A DNA stretch of 64,000 nt. It comes from Alphaproteobacteria bacterium (GTDB taxonomy: Bacteria; Pseudomonadota; Alphaproteobacteria; SP197). Of the stretch, positions 9,843 to 20,072 are shown one piece after another. The notes beneath the pieces are model-generated. The model ran no database searches and had not been told where the DNA came from. It saw only the letters and a list, made by a program, of their open reading frames with translations. Each line of letters begins with the position of its first letter. The first letter of the stretch is position 1. The DNA lies in NCBI GenBank assembly GCA_965213815.1, contig OZ243917.1:3609150-3673149 (forward strand), read 5' to 3'. The position numbers and the translations under genes are program-made.

Positions 9843-10534
9843 CCAGGCTGCTCGTCCACGTCGAGGGACAGACAGAAGAGAATTTCATCAACGAAATTCT
9901 GGCGCCGCACCTTCATGACCGCGGCTTCTCGTCGGTCGGAGTGCGACTGATGGGAACGGGGCGCCGCCGTGATCGTCGAGGTGGAGTTACGGGCTGGCCC
10001 ACGGCGCGGCGGAACATCGTGCGCCATCTCCGGGAGGACCGGGGCCTTATGCTCACCACGATGGTGGACTACTACGGTCTTCCGCAAAGCGGGGACCGAG
10101 CGTGGCCGGGGCGTGCGCAAGCGTCTCAGCGACCCTATCCCGACAAGGCCGCATTGATCCAGGATGCCCTGTTGGCGGACATCGCAAGAGAAATGGGCGA
10201 CGGCTTCGACACGCGTCGTTTCGTTCCCTACCTGATGATGCACGAGTACGAGGCGCTGCTGTTCAGCGATTGCGCAGGATTCAGCACCGGAATCGGGCGA
10301 CCGGAACTGGCCCCGCGGTTTCAGGACATCCGGAACGCCTTCCGGACACCCGAAGAGATCGACGATTCGCCGGAGGGGGCGCCGTCGAGGCGGGTCGTGG
10401 CTCTGGTGGACGGCTATCAGAAACCGCTTATGGGAGCCCTCGCCGCTCTGGAAATCGGCCTGCAGCGCATACTCAGGGAATGCCCGCACTTTTCCGGCTG
10501 GCTCGGCAGGTTGGAGAGGCTTTGCCCAACATGA
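9839..10534 (+). CDS. DUF4276 family protein (TOPRIM-like)
   Basis: LVHVEGQTEE, TMVDYYGLP, MHEYEALLFSD, PEEIDD, CPHFSGWL; ATGA overlap with the ATPase. Confidence 0.85.
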   Translation: MTRLLVHVEGQTEENFINEILAPHLHDRGFSSVGVRLMGTGRRRDRRGGVTGWPTARRNIVRHLREDRGLMLTTMVDYYGLPQSGDRAWPGRAQASQRPYPDKAALIQDALLADIAREMGDGFDTRRFVPYLMMHEYEALLFSDCAGFSTGIGRPELAPRFQDIRNAFRTPEEIDDSPEGAPSRRVVALVDGYQKPLMGALAALEIGLQRILRECPHFSGWLGRLERLCPT

Positions 10535-10714
10535 GACCAAGAAAATGAGCGAAGCCCGCCGCCTCAAGGCTCATGGTCGCGATGCCGTCACCCGGGCGAA
10601 CGCGGCAGGCTGTCGCCTTCGCCACGGGCAGCGTCGGGGCGCCGGTGAATCGCCCCATACCCGCAGTCCCGGCGGCATGGCGCATCCCTTTTGGCATGAG
10701 ATGAGGAAGACATC

Positions 10715-12247
10715 ATGAGCAGGACCCAACCCAACATCGTGATCATCATGGCCGACTTCATGAGCGCCCTGGCGCTGCCCATGTACGGCGACGAAACGAT
10801 CAGGGCGCCCCACATGAAGCGTCTCGGCGACGAGGGCGTTGTCTTCGAAAACGCGTATTGCAACGCTCCCCTGTGCGGACCGTCCCGTGCGTCGTTCCTG
10901 ACTGGGCTCCTGCCCTCGAAAGTCGGTGTCTACGACAACGGCAGCGAACTTCCGGCCAGTATTCCCACCTTTGCCCACTCCCTGCGCCTGGCGGGCTATC
11001 GGACCATTCTTTCCGGCAAGATGCACTTCGTGGGGCCCGATCAACTGCACGGCTTCGAGGAACGCCTGACAACCGACGTGGTGCCGTCGGACTTCGGCTG
11101 GGGCCCGCCGCCTGGAGGCGCGCGCTGGGAAGACGAAGGATTTCCCGACTACCCGAATCTCGACGAAGTCATCGATGCAGGCCCCTGTGTGCGCTGCCTG
11201 GGAATCGATTTTGACGACGAGGTGACCTTCACCTCCGTCAACAGGATCTACCAGCTGGCCCGCGAGGAGGCCGACCGGCCCTTCCTGATGACCGTCTCGT
11301 TTATCCAGCCCCATCCTCCCTTCGCTTCGCCCGCCAGGTACTGGGACCACTACGACGACGCGGACATCCCCATGCCGGCGGTGGCGCCGATCCCGGTCGA
11401 TGCCCACGATGAACTCAGTCGCCATCTCCATGAATACGGCGGCATGGGGCAGGCCGGTGTGACCAATGCCCATGTTCGCCGGGCGCGTCACGCCTACTAC
11501 GCGATGCTCAGTCACATCGACGACAGGATCGGACAGATCCTCGGCGCGCTCGAGGCCTCCCGCCTCGACAACAACACCATCGTCGTGCTGACCGCCGATC
11601 ACGGCAACATGCTGGGAGAACGCGGCCTGTGGGGGTTGCGCACATTCTTCGAGTGGGCCGAACGGGTGCCCCTCGTCTTCCATTGTCCCGCCGAATTTAC
11701 GCCAAGGCGGGTGCCGACACCCGTCTCGCTCGTCGATGTGCTGCCGACCCTGGTGGACCTTGCCGGCACCGGGGAGGCGAATGGCATCGCAAGTCCGGTT
11801 GACGGCAGGAGCCTCGCGCATGCCCTGCGCGCAAACGGCGCATGTGCTCCGCGCGACGTGCTGGCCGAGTACTGCGGCGAGGGTGTGCCGGCGCCGTGGT
11901 TCATGATCAGGCGCGGTCGCCACAAGTTCGTCCACTGCGAGAAGGCGGCTCCCTTGCTGTTCGATCTTGCCCGGGATCCCGAAGAACGTGTCGATCTGGC
12001 GCAGGACACCGCCCATGCCCCGACACGCGACGCCCTGCAGCAGGAGATCCTGAGGCAGTGGGATGTGGCAGGCCTGCCTTGCCTCGTGGAGGAGAGCGTC
12101 CGGCGGCGTGCGACGATCTTCGAGGCCAACAGGCACGGTCGGGCGCCGGTGTGGGACTACGCGGTCACCAGTGATCCATTCCGCGCCTACCAGCGCAGCT
12201 ACCGCGAGGCGTGGCAGAGGACAGAAGAGCGCGCCCTCCTTCGGTAG
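10715..12247 (+). CDS. betC: choline sulfatase
   Basis: Sulfatase motif LCGPSRASFLTG, GKMHFVGPDQLHGFEERLTTD, and a BetC-like C-terminal WDY motif. Confidence 0.78.
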   Translation: MSRTQPNIVIIMADFMSALALPMYGDETIRAPHMKRLGDEGVVFENAYCNAPLCGPSRASFLTGLLPSKVGVYDNGSELPASIPTFAHSLRLAGYRTILSGKMHFVGPDQLHGFEERLTTDVVPSDFGWGPPPGGARWEDEGFPDYPNLDEVIDAGPCVRCLGIDFDDEVTFTSVNRIYQLAREEADRPFLMTVSFIQPHPPFASPARYWDHYDDADIPMPAVAPIPVDAHDELSRHLHEYGGMGQAGVTNAHVRRARHAYYAMLSHIDDRIGQILGALEASRLDNNTIVVLTADHGNMLGERGLWGLRTFFEWAERVPLVFHCPAEFTPRRVPTPVSLVDVLPTLVDLAGTGEANGIASPVDGRSLAHALRANGACAPRDVLAEYCGEGVPAPWFMIRRGRHKFVHCEKAAPLLFDLARDPEERVDLAQDTAHAPTRDALQQEILRQWDVAGLPCLVEESVRRRATIFEANRHGRAPVWDYAVTSDPFRAYQRSYREAWQRTEERALLR

Positions 12248-12279
12248 CGGACCGCCGGACGCCCGCCCTGGAGCTGCCG

Positions 12280-13533
12280 TCAGACCGGAAGATGGCTGAG
12301 CCGAAGCCTGGTCTGACGCAAGCAGAGGTGAGCGATCACCGTGAAGTTCATCGCGTTGAATGCAAATCCGACAAGAAAGGCATGCATGTATGTACCGGTG
12401 ACATCATGGAGAGCCCCTCCGGTCCAGCCGCCCAACGCCATGCCTATGGCCGCGAACAGATAGGTTGTGGCCACTCTCCAGCCAATCTGATTGCCGGGAT
12501 ACCAGTGCCTGATCATCAGGGCGTAGTTGGGCATGATTCCGGCAAAGCCGATGCCGAACATGAATGCAGCAAGATAGAGACCGGTTTCGCTGGTCACAAA
12601 GGCGAAGGCCAGCAACATGACCGCCTGGGCGCCCGAAGCGATCAGCATGGATCTGACCGCTCCGATCCTGTCGGCAAGCAATCCAAATCCGATGCGGCTG
12701 AAGAACGATGCGGCAAACAGCACCGACAGCATGCTGGCGCCGGTGGAACGCGAAAACCCCATATCGGTCGCATGGCTGATGAGATGAACGATCGGCATCG
12801 CCATCGCCGTACAGCAACCCACGACTGCCAGGCACAGAAGGCTCTGCACCGTTGCCGGAGAGTATCCGAGCACGGAAAACTCACCCATGCCGGAGCCCCC
12901 TTTTGCCTCGGCGGACGCGCTCGGTGGTTTCGGCTTCAGGAACAATGCGAGCGGCACAAGTGTTGCCAGCGCAAAGAACCCGAACCAGAGGTAGGTTTCC
13001 CGCCAGCCCACGGAATCGTTCAGTAACCTGATGACCGGTGGCCATATGGCTCCGGCCACGCCCTGGCCTGACGCGATGATCGCCACGGCAAGACCCCGGC
13101 GTCGGTCAAACCATCGTGTGGCATTGGCAATGAGCGGCGCGATCATTGCCGCCTCACCAAAGGCGCCGATCAGCAACCCGTTGGCGACATAGAAATCCCA
13201 TCGTGCGCCGGCCTGGCTGGCGACCATGGCGCCGAGACCGATCATGACCGAACCAAACAGGACCGGCTCGATCACGCTTCGCCTGTCCATCCACAGGCCC
13301 ATGGCAATGCCACCTACGCCGCTGCCCATCATCAGCAGGGAAAACGCCAGGGAAGGCCCGGCACGGGGCCACCCGAAGTCGGAAGCTATGTCCTTCAGGC
13401 TGACAAAGAGAATGTTGGGCGCCGCCATGGCGATGGTCCCGATCGCCAGGGATACGGCGAGGACGACCCAGCCATAGCGGACTTCAATACTGTCAGCAGG
13501 GCGGGTCATGGCATCCCGCACTTCGAGAGCCAT
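12280..13533 (-). CDS. MFS transporter (OFA/MCT-like)
   Basis: 12-TM pattern, WFDRRRGLA, GLLADRIG; the start may be ATG 13509. Confidence 0.85.
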   Translation of the reverse strand: MALEVRDAMTRPADSIEVRYGWVVLAVSLAIGTIAMAAPNILFVSLKDIASDFGWPRAGPSLAFSLLMMGSGVGGIAMGLWMDRRSVIEPVLFGSVMIGLGAMVASQAGARWDFYVANGLLIGAFGEAAMIAPLIANATRWFDRRRGLAVAIIASGQGVAGAIWPPVIRLLNDSVGWRETYLWFGFFALATLVPLALFLKPKPPSASAEAKGGSGMGEFSVLGYSPATVQSLLCLAVVGCCTAMAMPIVHLISHATDMGFSRSTGASMLSVLFAASFFSRIGFGLLADRIGAVRSMLIASGAQAVMLLAFAFVTSETGLYLAAFMFGIGFAGIMPNYALMIRHWYPGNQIGWRVATTYLFAAIGMALGGWTGGALHDVTGTYMHAFLVGFAFNAMNFTVIAHLCLRQTRLRLSHLPV

Positions 13534-13588
13534 GAGATGTTGACCTCGCCAGGCGCCCGGGCGCGATCAAGGCGGTCCGGGACGGTCA

Positions 13589-14596
13589 TCATGCCGTCAC
13601 CGCATCTCCCATGACGTCGGCGTAGACGTCAAGATCGGCGAAGTCGTCCTTCATGTGATCGGCGTAGGTGAACGATCGCCCGTCCTCGTCAGGGACAATC
13701 TCTTCGGCAAAGCCGGGCTCCAGGAAGAAGCCCAGGGAACAGCGATCCAGTCCCGTACCGACGACCCTGTGCGGCGTACCTGCGATGCGATCGCCGGTCA
13801 TCAGGGCCAGGGCGCGCCCGGCGTGGATCGAAAGCCGTCCGTTGCCTGACGGCACCTCATGCCATGTGCCGTCGCGGCCTTCGTATTGCAGACCGCCGAT
13901 CCGGTCCTGCCAAAGCACCGACAGGACACAGGCATCGATGTGGCGGTGGGTGATGATGCGCCGTCCTGCTGCATCGATCCGTTCCGGCAGGGTCTCCCTA
14001 TTCGCGGCGACGAAGTCGTCGGGCGGTGGCGGATAGTGCAGGATGCGCAGTGTGCCGTTGCCGTCGTCGAACTTGCTCATCATGGCGCCGACATCCTCAC
14101 CGAGTGCACCGACAAGCGCGGCCATGACCGTCGAGGAAAGCGCACGCAGATCGTCAAAGAGCGCCTCGGCTCCGGTGCGCCAGCGCGCATGGGGCTCGCG
14201 CGCCGGCCACTGGTTCGTCTCTTCCAGGAATCGCGCAACCGGATGATCTTGCGGTGCGCGGGACGGCTCGTCCGGTCCGAAATCGAAGATCTCGTTGTGG
14301 GCCCAGCCCCTCTGATCGGGCAATGGGAAGAAGCCGCGGTAGCAATGTCGGGCATCGGCACGGTGCCGTCGCGTGGCCAGAGCCAGCCGTTCGGTTTCGG
14401 GCAGGTCGAAGAAGCTGAGCAGATCGCCGATCCGGGTATCGAGCGATGCCGCACCGGGCAGACCTGTGGCGACAAAGCCGTTGGATGTCTCCATGGCCGC
14501 CAGCAAGGACGCTCCTGTCCTGGCCGCATCGGCCTTGGCGCCATCGAAGAGCGCTACCAGGTCGACGGCATCGAGTGTGGGAAAGGTGCCTGGCAT
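13589..14596 (-). CDS. isopenicillin-N-synthase-family Fe(II)/2OG oxygenase
   Basis: LRILHYP, HIDAC (HxD), TPHRV, RCS; start re-set to ATG 14596. Confidence 0.85.
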   Translation of the reverse strand: MPGTFPTLDAVDLVALFDGAKADAARTGASLLAAMETSNGFVATGLPGAASLDTRIGDLLSFFDLPETERLALATRRHRADARHCYRGFFPLPDQRGWAHNEIFDFGPDEPSRAPQDHPVARFLEETNQWPAREPHARWRTGAEALFDDLRALSSTVMAALVGALGEDVGAMMSKFDDGNGTLRILHYPPPPDDFVAANRETLPERIDAAGRRIITHRHIDACVLSVLWQDRIGGLQYEGRDGTWHEVPSGNGRLSIHAGRALALMTGDRIAGTPHRVVGTGLDRCSLGFFLEPGFAEEIVPDEDGRSFTYADHMKDDFADLDVYADVMGDAVTA

Positions 14597-14624
14597 GGTC
14601 CAGTCTCCATCATTGACAGATCGT

Positions 14625-15030
14625 GGACCTGTTGAGCGAAGCGCCGTGGTTCCGGACGGCGAAGACACTGTGTGGATTTCGGCGTGACCGGTCAACAGCC
14701 ACGAGCCATGTGCCGGAACCGCCCAGGTCACGGCCCTCCACCCTCCGCTCCATGAGGGCGCAGGCGACATTCCGCAGGTTCAAGAGAGCAGGACGCATTG
14801 CAGCGGCCCGGAAAGCTGGCAGTTCGCCCGACCAGGCCACGCGACAACCAGCGCGACCGCTGAACGACCCGTAGCCGCGACGCGTGCCGATCTGGTCGCG
14901 GTGGCAACCAACGGCTCGACCGCGCACGGCCCCGGCAATACCGGACCGCGGCATGCCAATGTCCTGGTCTTTCCGGGAATGGACGCGGCCAACGCAGCGA
15001 TCCACACACTCTCGGCGTTCGGCAACGCCC
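14625..15030 (+). pseudogene. degraded phosphotransacetylase (Pta/MaeB C-terminal) fragment
   Basis: ANVLVFPGMDAANAA resembles the Pta motif ANVLIFPxLDAxN; upstream fragments in shifted frames loosely follow Pta order. Confidence 0.35.
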
Positions 15031-15308
15031 AGCCGAGCTGTGGCGGTGCGGCCCACATCGTGACGCCGGTGTCACCGCCATCGGGAGTGCGGGAAAGGTC
15101 TGAGCAGAGCACCCTGAAATCACGCCAGGGCCCGCAGGGCACCTCCGTGTGCGGTTTTCCGGAACTGCCGCAAGAACTCTTCGGCTACCGCCTCGACCGG
15201 GATTCCTGGCATCGCGAATGTCACAAGTCCCTGTGCGTCGACCCGGTGCGCCACCGCGGGTGCGAATTGGGCGCATCCGACTATACTGGGCGTGTGGACG
15301 TGCTTTCG

Positions 15309-16031
15309 ATGGAAGCTGATATCGTGAAACCTCAATGGGTCTGTCGGGTCTGCGGCTACAACATGATCGGCACGCGTCCCGATGTCTGTCCGTTCTGTGG
15401 CGAACCACACGACGTGTTTCTTGCCTGGCATGAGGCGGAGGCCACCTACAGGGTTACGGCCACCCGGGTGAGTGATCAGGTCACGCAGCTGATGTCGGTC
15501 CCACGCCTTGGTATCGAGCATGCGGCCTATCGCCTGGAGACCGCCAGCGGTCCGATCTGGATCGACTCGCCATCGGCGCTCAACCGGGACCTCCCACCGG
15601 TGGAGCACATCTTCTTCACCCACCCCGACTTCATGGGGGCGTGTAATCAGTACCGGCAAATCTGGTCGGCCCAGGTGCATCTGCATCGGCTGGACGCCGC
15701 CAACCCTCTGGTAGAGCAGTTCCCGGTGGATGATCCATTCGACGGCGACTTCGTCCACGGTGACCTCGAAGCGTTCCACATCGGTGGTCACACCCCGGGG
15801 TTCACCGTTTACGTCTTCGGGCGTGTCCTGTTCGTCTGCGACTATGTGTTCCCACCCGATGAAACAATGCATTTCAATCCCTACAGCCCCGGGCCGGATG
15901 ACATGCGAGAAGGCGGCGAGCGCATCAGGACGGTGACTGAGGGTCGCGATATCGAGGCGGTATGCGGTTACAATTATGTGGCGGAATTTGACGACTGGAT
16001 GCCGCGCTTCGAAAGCCTGTTGGCCGCCTGA
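15309..16031 (+). CDS. rubredoxin-like domain fused to an MBL-fold domain
   Basis: WVCRVCGY...CPFCG, then IWIDSP, FFTHPDF, GGHTPG, FVCDY. Confidence 0.75.
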   Translation: MEADIVKPQWVCRVCGYNMIGTRPDVCPFCGEPHDVFLAWHEAEATYRVTATRVSDQVTQLMSVPRLGIEHAAYRLETASGPIWIDSPSALNRDLPPVEHIFFTHPDFMGACNQYRQIWSAQVHLHRLDAANPLVEQFPVDDPFDGDFVHGDLEAFHIGGHTPGFTVYVFGRVLFVCDYVFPPDETMHFNPYSPGPDDMREGGERIRTVTEGRDIEAVCGYNYVAEFDDWMPRFESLLAA

Positions 16032-16136
16032 GGCGCCGCCACCCCGAACAAGGGCGCGGGAAAACCGGTATCGGGCACTGCAGGTCGGCTGTCCTTCGTG
16101 TGATGTTGTTGAAGGACGAGAAGAGAGGAGTTCAGG

Positions 16137-16784
16137 ATGTACAAGCTGTTCTATGCACAAGGCAGCGCCGCGCAGGGCGTCCGGGTGATCCTGGAGGAAA
16201 TTGGCAAACCCTACGAACTGATCCAGTCGACGATCGACATGAGCATGCCACGCCCGCCGGAACAACTGGCGGTCAATCCCAATGGCTGGGTACCGGTGCT
16301 CCTGTGGGACGACAAGGGCATGTACGAGTGTGCCGCGATCACGGTGTTCCTGTGCGATCGCCATCCCGAAGCAAACCTGGCGCCCGGGTTTGATGAGCCG
16401 GAACGCGGACGCTACCTGCAGACACTGGTGTACTTTTCCAACACCGTTCAGACCGCTTTCCAGACCTTCTATTATCCGGATCGTTTCGCCGATACGCCCG
16501 CTGATGAGCCGGGTGCCCGGCGACGCGGTATCAGGCGATTGCGCGAGTCGTGGAAGGTGATCGATGATCAGATTGGCGACAACGAATGGGTCCTGGGCGA
16601 CACGTTCAGTGCGGTCGATATCTACCTCTTCATGTTGACCACCTGGCTGGCTCCGTCGAAGGGTCATCCGACCACAGCGGAGTTCCCCAACGTCAGGCGG
16701 ATTGCCGATGCTGTCATGTCCCGGCCAAGCGTTCAGCTTGTCTATGCGCAGTGGATTGCCGCCAACAAGGACCAGGGGTCGTGA
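16137..16784 (+). CDS. glutathione S-transferase family protein
   Basis: VNPNGWVPVL, YECAAI, LGDTFSAVDIYL; RBS GAGGAG upstream. Confidence 0.9.
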   Translation: MYKLFYAQGSAAQGVRVILEEIGKPYELIQSTIDMSMPRPPEQLAVNPNGWVPVLLWDDKGMYECAAITVFLCDRHPEANLAPGFDEPERGRYLQTLVYFSNTVQTAFQTFYYPDRFADTPADEPGARRRGIRRLRESWKVIDDQIGDNEWVLGDTFSAVDIYLFMLTTWLAPSKGHPTTAEFPNVRRIADAVMSRPSVQLVYAQWIAANKDQGS

Positions 16785-17336
16785 AAGCCGGTACCGGTCG
16801 TTCTGTCGCAGCAATCTTGCGCACGCGCAAGGACAGTGCTCCGGTTGACGGATTTGACTGTTTCTGCCTGCCACCCGAACCATGGTACACGGCAAGAACC
16901 GGCCCTTGCCGGGCTTGTATCCTGAGGCAAGGTCTGTCCATGACGCAGGGCGTTCCGCGTGCCCGCAGTTGACACGGCGAACGTCGCCGATGCGCCCGGT
17001 CCCCGGGGCAAACGCAGGCTCCTGCGCCTGGCACCGCATCGATAGCAGGTTCAACGTGCAGATTCCTGGTTCTGCTTCTCAGGGCCATGTGTATCTCGCG
17101 CCTGCCGATCCCGGACATGGCGTAGACGGCGAGTGCGTCTTGCAACCCCGGTGCACTGTGATATCCGTGCAAGCGGCATCCCGTGGTGCGGGCGACGTCA
17201 CGAGTCACCAAGGCCCGGCATCTGAGCGCTCTCGCTGTTGCCGGGAGCAAGAACAGCCCACGCAACGATGTGGAGGCGCGAATCCGCCCTGCAGACTGGT
17301 TCTTGCGGTAGAACCACGCGGAAGAAAGGTGCTGTC

Positions 17337-18230
17337 ATGACATCCGATACGAGCTTGCCGGCGGTTGCGGTTCTCGGTCTCGGCAAGATGGGGAGCGCGC
17401 TTGCCGACCGGCTGATCGTGAAGGGGGTTGACGTGACCGTGTGGAACCGCCGCCCCGACCGGACGCGGCCCTACGGCGACCGCGCGGCGCCGACCGTCAC
17501 CGAAGCGGTCCATCGCGGAGAGGTCATCCTGACATGTCTGCGCGATCATGCCGCCACTGCCGTCACAGTGAAGAACGCGGCAGCAGCCCGGGCGCTCCAC
17601 GGGCGCACACTGGTCGTTCTTTCGAGCATGGCCACGGAAGAATCGCGCGATCTTGGCGCGTGGGCTGAACGGCATGGCATTGCCTATATGGAAGCGCAGA
17701 TCCAGGACTATCCCGCGACTGTACGCGCGGGCAACGCCACCATTTTGTGTTCCGGATCCGCGCCGACATTCGAGATCGCGCGTCTTGCATTGTGTGCGGT
17801 CTCGAAGCGCCTCCTGCATGTCACCGAAGTGCCGGGTGGCGCCACCACTCTGGTCGCGGCCCAGCTCGCCTTCGCCCTGCACGCGTATGTCGGAGTCCTG
17901 CACGGCGCTGCCATGTGCAGGGCCGCCGACATGGATCCGACAGTGTTTGTGAGGCTCATGGTATCGGACTACATGCGTGACGGCCCCTTGTCGGCGGATC
18001 TTGAGAAGATGGTGACGTCAGTCGTTGCCGGAAACTACGCCGAGAACGTCGGAGCAACGCTCGATGTCTGGAGACTCTCACTTGAACAGATCATCGGCGA
18101 GAGCAGAAAGGCAGGCCTCGATACAAGCCATCTGGAATCCATCCATGTCCTTGTTTCCCGTGCCATCGCCAACGGCCACGGCGAGCACGACTTCGAGGCC
18201 GTAACCGAAGCCCTTTCTCCGGCACCATGA
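17337..18230 (+). CDS. NAD(P)-dependent oxidoreductase, imine reductase/beta-hydroxyacid dehydrogenase superfamily
   Basis: VLGLGKMGSALA, VWNR, and an IRED-like helical C-terminus (AIANGHGEHDF). Confidence 0.8.
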   Translation: MTSDTSLPAVAVLGLGKMGSALADRLIVKGVDVTVWNRRPDRTRPYGDRAAPTVTEAVHRGEVILTCLRDHAATAVTVKNAAAARALHGRTLVVLSSMATEESRDLGAWAERHGIAYMEAQIQDYPATVRAGNATILCSGSAPTFEIARLALCAVSKRLLHVTEVPGGATTLVAAQLAFALHAYVGVLHGAAMCRAADMDPTVFVRLMVSDYMRDGPLSADLEKMVTSVVAGNYAENVGATLDVWRLSLEQIIGESRKAGLDTSHLESIHVLVSRAIANGHGEHDFEAVTEALSPAP

Positions 18231-18342
18231 CAAGCACCATTTCCGTCGGTTTCCCCTGGCTCCAGGTAACACAGTGTCGTCTCGAGCTGATCCGTTGTGC
18301 TGCCGGGTTTGCGTCCCGGAAGACAACACAGCGCCATCCGCA

Positions 18343-19107
18343 TCAGTCGATCGTTTCTCCGCCATCGACAACGTGAACGGATCCGGTGACGTAGCTTGCG
18401 AGATCCGAGCACAGGTAGAGTACCGGTCCGGCAAGTTCGCGTGGATCAGCGATTCGCTTGAGTGCCCTAGTGTCCTCGGCAAGGATCGCATAGCCCTCAT
18501 CAACCGTTTCGGCGAGGGTGAGCGCCATCTCGCGCAACATGTCGGTATCGACACTGCCGGGGCAGACAGCGTTGACGCGGACGTCTGGTGCGAGTTCCAG
18601 CGCGTGAGTCCTGGTGAGATTGATGACTCCGGCCTTTGCGGCGCCGTAGACCGAATCTCCCGGCGCGCCAATCAGACCGAAGACCGACGAGAAATTGACG
18701 ATCGAGCCTTTTGCTGCCTTGAGGTGGGGAGCGGCGAACTGGGTCATGAAGTAGACGGCCTTGAGGTTGGTATCGATGGTCCGGTTCCAGCTTTCCTCGG
18801 TCGTTGTGCCAAGCTTTGTCACGTGACCCCAGCCGGCGTTGTTGATGAGCACGTCAAGTCCGTCGAGACCCGCGACTGCCGTCTCCACGATTCGTCTGCA
18901 GTCGGCGACACAGGCAACCGAACCTGGCGCCGCGACCAGGCGGTCTCCCGCGTCGATCTCGGCAATGGCCCTGGTGGTACTCTCGAGCGTACTGCCGTTG
19001 AGGGCGACCCGCGCGCCTGACTCCAGAAACATCTCCACGATGGCACGCCCGATTCCACGCGAACCGCCTGTCACCAGGGCGCGCTTGCCGGTCAAGTCAA
19101 TCTGCAT
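18343..19107 (-). CDS. SDR family oxidoreductase
   Basis: VTGGSRGIG, NNAG, YGAAK. Confidence 0.9.
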   Translation of the reverse strand: MQIDLTGKRALVTGGSRGIGRAIVEMFLESGARVALNGSTLESTTRAIAEIDAGDRLVAAPGSVACVADCRRIVETAVAGLDGLDVLINNAGWGHVTKLGTTTEESWNRTIDTNLKAVYFMTQFAAPHLKAAKGSIVNFSSVFGLIGAPGDSVYGAAKAGVINLTRTHALELAPDVRVNAVCPGSVDTDMLREMALTLAETVDEGYAILAEDTRALKRIADPRELAGPVLYLCSDLASYVTGSVHVVDGGETID

Positions 19108-19188
19108 GAGTCCTGCACCTCAAGACTTGCGGCACGAACCTCCTCGTTGACATTGGGGCGACCGACACACGGGAGGTCGAGGGTTCCA

Positions 19189-20040
19189 TCAGGCTTCACC
19201 GGCCAGGATATCCTCATAATCCTTGACCCAGAGTCGGTCATAGCCGCCATCGCCTCCCGGCAGATAGCTGCGCCAGCCGAGCAGACGCTGGGCCCGGCGG
19301 GGAAGCCCGAGCGCGCGCTCCCGTGTCACGGCCAGAGGATGCGCCTCCTCCGGCGTGAGCCAGCCCGCGTTGAAACTCATCTGCACGGCATAGCGCCACC
19401 GGTCCTTCGTTCTGTTGTGGCCGCCACCGTGGAACGTGTAGCCGGAATAGAAGAGGACAGAGCCGGCTTCCATTTCTGCCGGCACCGTTTCGGCGGGGTC
19501 GGGCCGCCGAGTCTTCTCGTTCCAGCGATGGCTGCCTGGAACAACTCGCGTGGCACCCATCTCGTCGGTAACGGTGTGGAACGCAAAGAGCGTGTTGAAA
19601 CTCAACTCCGGCATCTTCGGCCAGGCCCACTCGCAGACGCGTTGCCAGAGGTCGTTGTCGCGGTGAAGCTCCTGTGCGGGCTCGCCAGGTCCGATGCCGA
19701 TGAACTGCGCCGTGTTCAGCCAGTAGTCGTCGCCGACCTCTTCCAGGAAGGAATCGGCGGTCTCCTTGATGAGCGGGTTCAGCATGATCTCGATGAAGGC
19801 GTCACTGTGCTGGGCGAGGCTCGCGAAACGAATCGTGTTGCGGCCCCAGAAGACCTCGTTTTCCTCTCCGGGGATGGTCGGTCCCGGCCCGTGCCTGGCC
19901 CGTTTGCCGGCAAGCTCATCCCAGCAACGACTCAACATGGAGCAATCGAAGATATCCTCGACCACGACCACACCGGCGTCTGTCAGAGTCTCGAGGATCG
20001 CACACTTGCCGGCGCTTGCCGGCAGACGTGAGAGTTCCAT
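19189..20040 (-). CDS. phytanoyl-CoA dioxygenase (PhyH) family protein
   Basis: PAQELHRD, GATRVVPGSH, FHGGG; start re-set to ATG 20040. Confidence 0.88.
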   Translation of the reverse strand: MELSRLPASAGKCAILETLTDAGVVVVEDIFDCSMLSRCWDELAGKRARHGPGPTIPGEENEVFWGRNTIRFASLAQHSDAFIEIMLNPLIKETADSFLEEVGDDYWLNTAQFIGIGPGEPAQELHRDNDLWQRVCEWAWPKMPELSFNTLFAFHTVTDEMGATRVVPGSHRWNEKTRRPDPAETVPAEMEAGSVLFYSGYTFHGGGHNRTKDRWRYAVQMSFNAGWLTPEEAHPLAVTRERALGLPRRAQRLLGWRSYLPGGDGGYDRLWVKDYEDILAGEA

Positions 20041-20072
20041 GCTCTGCCTTCCCTGGAGCGGCAGGGCGTTCG

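Noticed and set aside
16785-17336. Small ORFs in the gap between GST and the IRED-like gene
   Set aside because: No recognisable motifs or RBS; possibly eroded sequence, but I cannot assign it.
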